64,000 nt of DNA from Oikopleura dioica (lineage: Eukaryota; Animalia; Chordata): the NCBI GenBank assembly GCA_907165135.1, contig OU015570.1:620001-684000 (forward strand), read 5' to 3'. Each line of letters opens with the position of its first letter. Positions within the stretch are counted from its first letter, which is position 1. The notes beneath the pieces are model-generated. The model saw only the letters and a program-made list of their open reading frames with translations, searched no databases and had not been told where the DNA came from. The translations under genes were made by a program, and so were the position numbers. Below are positions 60,059 through 64,000 of the stretch, piece by piece.

Positions 60059-62337
60059 TAAATTCATTCGCGTAAAAAACACGCTACGTGCAGTAGCACG
60101 TTGTAACGAGAGCCCCGCTGCAGCAGGCGCTCTGCGTTTACTACAGCAGTGTCTTTTACTATTATTATTATATTCTAGCGACACCCACCCCCCCGTCCCC
60201 TCTGACGGCAGGCTCATCGATCTCTTTTGCCGGTAGTTGCACTGCTATGCTGCTACATACGGTACGAATAGGCTCGGCAGAACGCTTACACAAGCTCTGC
60301 CTCGCCTATGTTATCATAGACTACGTTACGCTTGCGCTTATATTTGCATATCTTGAATTCTTCGTAGTTTATGATTAGAGGATGCAATCGACACAATCAC
60401 TAGAAAAAGTTCAGAAGCTCGAATGAGAGACATTGAAACGACAAGGTATCCTTCGCAACAAACACCAAGAAAATTCTACAAAACGCTGGAAACCAAAGCA
60501 CTCCTTATAATTCCATCGAAAAACGCAGCGAGAACATATACGGATCTTACGTTCAAGAATGGTATCGATGGATACGACCAGTACAATGTTGGTCCAAGAA
60601 ATGAAACCGACATTGAATGATTATTGGGTCACGACAGTATTGGATACTTATCAATAGACAGCGATTGGATGGGATATCCGATTGGAAGATCAAAAACGAT
60701 TTACCGGAACTATGGATCTTATGCAACACTTTATGAAGATCAAAAGAATTTCAAAATAAAACTCCACCAAACGTACAGACACTGAGAGTTTACAAATATC
60801 AGATCAGCGACCTACTAAAAGAAAAATTGAAGATTGAACACGCTGATGTAGTATCTTGCCTTATTCATCAACGAATGCTGACTAAAGACAAAAACGAGAA
60901 TTAAGAAAAATCGACTTTATTCTGATGAGATAACAGTTTCAAAAATACAGTAACAACTGCTCCTCAACTTGGCGACGGAAGGAGGTCTCCATGAGGGTCG
61001 ACTCACACTGAAGATAAGAGCGTGACAAGTGCAAACTCCGATCAAGCCACAAATCAAAGGCAGTTATCATCCAATAAGCTCGTGGTAATTCAACAGTAAT
61101 CTTGTTTTCCTTGTCATATCGCTGTAACTCCCCGATTACTGAATCAGGTGATCCGAAATACGGCAAAACTCTATAATGTCGACGAAAGCCACCAGCCTCA
61201 TCTGGAGTAAGAAGTTCGACGCACAAGAATGTTCCGCAATAAATGCCGTATTGATGACTTGGAGCCCAACATCTCAAACAAACCAATTGACAAGCAACAA
61301 GCTCATCTGTAGACGCAATCCCGCCTGTAGAAGCAAAAACAGTGGCAACGAAATTATGACGTCTCTCCAACTCCGAATGACAGTTAGGAACTGTAAATTG
61401 CCCCAAAACCTGCGCCAGCATTTAATATTCAACTCTCTTGAAAAATGAATATTCTGAAAATATTTTTATGATGACTTCACGAAATTTCAAGAGGAAAGAA
61501 ATCAAACAGCGCCACTTTATCGCTTATATAAGCAATTAACAAAATCATCGATGGACGGAAGCAAAGCGGAACGAACTGTAATAACAACAACAATAAGCCT
61601 ATTGTTACTCAATGGAAAAACACCGACTGCACCAACACATTTGCGATCGCCAATCAACTCATTTCAGAAACACGACAATTAAAAAAGAATAAATTAATTA
61701 GATGCGAAATTCAGGATTTAATCCAGGTCCAATGAAACAGTAAAAACTTCAAGCGAATCCAGAATTTTCTGGAACTCGGGTCCACCAGCGCCGCGTCCTG
61801 AAAAGTCGAAAATGAAAGCAAAACCTCCACTCCAGCTTCATCAAAATTAAATTGTTTCCATGGCAAATTCTCGAAAAGCTCTGGATAGCAACAGCAATAA
61901 GGAGTAAAGGAGAATCTTCGAGTAAAATAATTACTTTCCACCATGATCGATTCGCAGATTATATAGAATTCTCTATATCTAGGGTAAACGCACAAAAAAA
62001 TCAACTTTTTCCTCGAAACAGTATTAACTTGAAACTTGGCATGGTGATAGATTATGCCAAAGTACTTTTCAAATTTTTTTCAAAAAATTTTTCAAGGTTT
62101 TCAACCTTTTTAAGCCTGGCAAAAGGCTAACTTTTGAGCGAATCATGTGATAAGACTCTAGAATAGCTAGATCGACGCAGAATGAGCTCCTGATCATTTT
62201 CAAAAAAATTTAGTGACGATATCTCCGATGACTCAGAAATTGCCGAAGAGTGTTACGTAACCTTGTTATGTAACACTTGTTGATACTAATTATTGCTGGA
62301 GGACCAAAGAATGGTATGTCCTTACACCGACCATATC

Positions 62338-63956
62338 TAGGCTTACCGGACTGAATTTTGACTCATTTTTCTAGCTTGATTCAGTAGTCATGTGACACAA
62401 ATAAAGAAAGCCTAGAAGCAGGGCTTTCATTTCAGCACCATATCGAGGGGTTTGGGTCATGCCCGCAAGGCAATTTATGGGACCTGAAGTTCCCAAATGG
62501 GCACTAGAATTCTTTAGAAGAATTTTTCGATACCGGGCCGGCCTTCTCAGAAGTCGAGAGTCAGTTAATTTGAAAGCCCAGGCTCTGAGCTTTCCGTAGA
62601 GCCCAAGAAATCTTAGTGCATGGCAATTTTTGGCCATCAGCGATCAGTTTAATTGTCAATTTACTGCCTATTTTGACCATTTTTTGGGAGAAAGTCATCA
62701 ATTTTAGTGAAATTTCACCACAAAAACAAGACGTCAAGCGCTCGCTGAAGGCCACAAACCGCCCTGCACTAAGATTTCTTGGGCTCTACGGAAAGCTCAG
62801 AGCCTGAGCTTTCTAAATATCTGACTCTCGACTTATGAGAAGGCCGGCCCGGCATCGAAAAATTGGTAGTAGGGATTTCCTTTTCGGCAGAAATGCCGAA
62901 AACTTCGATGGTTTTTCTGATTTCCTTTTCGGCAGCTTGCCGAAAAGTATTTCCAATTTCAAGCCTTTTTCAGGAATACTTTTCGGCAGAGTGCCGAAAA
63001 GGAAATCACAATTTAAAAGCTTTTCGGCTAAATGCCGAAATGAAAATCATAATTTAATGAATTCTTTTCGGCAAAGTGCCGAAATGGAAATCCTTATTTG
63101 GGGAAAACTTTTCGGCAAGCTTTTTCATTCAAGTTTACATGAAAACTCTACTTTTAGGTAGAAAATAATCAAATCTAATCATCCCCTACCTGGGGCTCCG
63201 CCCCTAGGTCCTAAATGCCGGGGTCTAGTCTAGGGTTACTTAGGTTACCTGCGGTAACCCTAACTAACCCTAGCCTATCCCCCTTGGGTAAGGTTGTTCT
63301 GTCATTTTGCCCAGTGCCCCTAACCCTAACCTTTATTTTAGTAAATACTATAATTATTATAGTATAGACTATTTTATAGTCTATAAATTAAGCATTATGC
63401 TTATTTATACTTTCCTGCAAAATTTAAAAGTTTCCTTAAAAATTAATGCATCACTCTTAATTTCTAGAAGGATATACTGTCTTCTTCTTTCTAGACTTTT
63501 TAATTCTTTCTTTAAAATGTGCCGAAAAGCTTTTCCGAAAAACGAATGAAATATAGTAAATGCTTTCGGCAGATCTGCCGAAAAGCTTTCCCTCTAACAG
63601 GAAACAATTCTGATTTCTATTTCGGCAAAACGCCGAAAAGCTTTTCTAATAAATAGGTTAAACATGGTAATACTTTTCGGCAGTGTGCCGAAAAGTAAAT
63701 CAGAATTATGCCTTCAAAATGATTTTCTTTTCGGCTGCATTTGCCGAAAAGGAAATCCTTACTACGGAAAAATTCTTCTAAAAATTCTAGTGCCCATTTT
63801 GGAACTTCAGGTCCAATAAATTGCCTTGCGGGCATGACCCAGACTACTCGATATGGTGCTCATATGAAATCCCTGGTTCTGGGCTTTCTATATTTGTGTC
63901 ACATGACCACTGAATCAAGCTAGAAAAATGAGTCAAAATTCAGTCCGGTAAGCCTA
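62338..63956. mobile_element. hAT-type non-autonomous element with a nested foldback (about 62513-62862)
   Basis: ~190-bp TIR starting TAGGCTTACCGGACTG; 8-bp TSD ACCATATC at 62330-62337 and 63957-63964; internal gccgaaaag repeats. Confidence 0.88.
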
Positions 63957-64000
63957 ACCATATCCTTACACCGACCAATTCCTTACACCGACCAAAATCC

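Overview
This is eukaryotic, AT-rich DNA made almost entirely of nested transposable elements. No rRNA, tRNA, CRISPR array or intact host gene is supportable. The short (~40 bp) introns and Trp-type primer-binding sites are reminiscent of larvacean tunicates such as Oikopleura (inference only). Main contents in order: (i) a decayed Polinton/Maverick-type major capsid gene (~1.7-2.6 kb); (ii) many MITE/foldback families with verifiable TSDs (hAT-, Tc1/pogo-, piggyBac-, Kolobok- and Merlin/MULE-like); (iii) a 6-kb 9-bp-TSD MULE-like element carrying a 57-bp coding-like repeat and a nested non-autonomous LTR element; (iv) a Penelope-like GIY-YIG fragment; (v) a ~55-bp hairpin satellite; (vi) two MULE transposase fossils, a gag fossil, and two Tc1/mariner-like transposases with unusually long D-D spacing; (vii) a spliced SGNH-hydrolase gene remnant; (viii) two related Ty3/Gypsy LTR retrotransposons, one inserted in the LTR of the other, both ending in a conserved SAP/HeH-like domain after integrase; (ix) a DIRS-like tyrosine-recombinase retroelement (51.3-59.1 kb) with non-canonical order (Ulp1-like protease ORF, RT-RNaseH-MTase, Gag-like, YR). 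The most striking observation is that this element's recombinase reading frame begins with a histone H3 N-terminal tail mimic (ARTKHNSRKTGSSRAPRQSSTTKKSTK; 12 of 27 residues identical to H3, ungapped).
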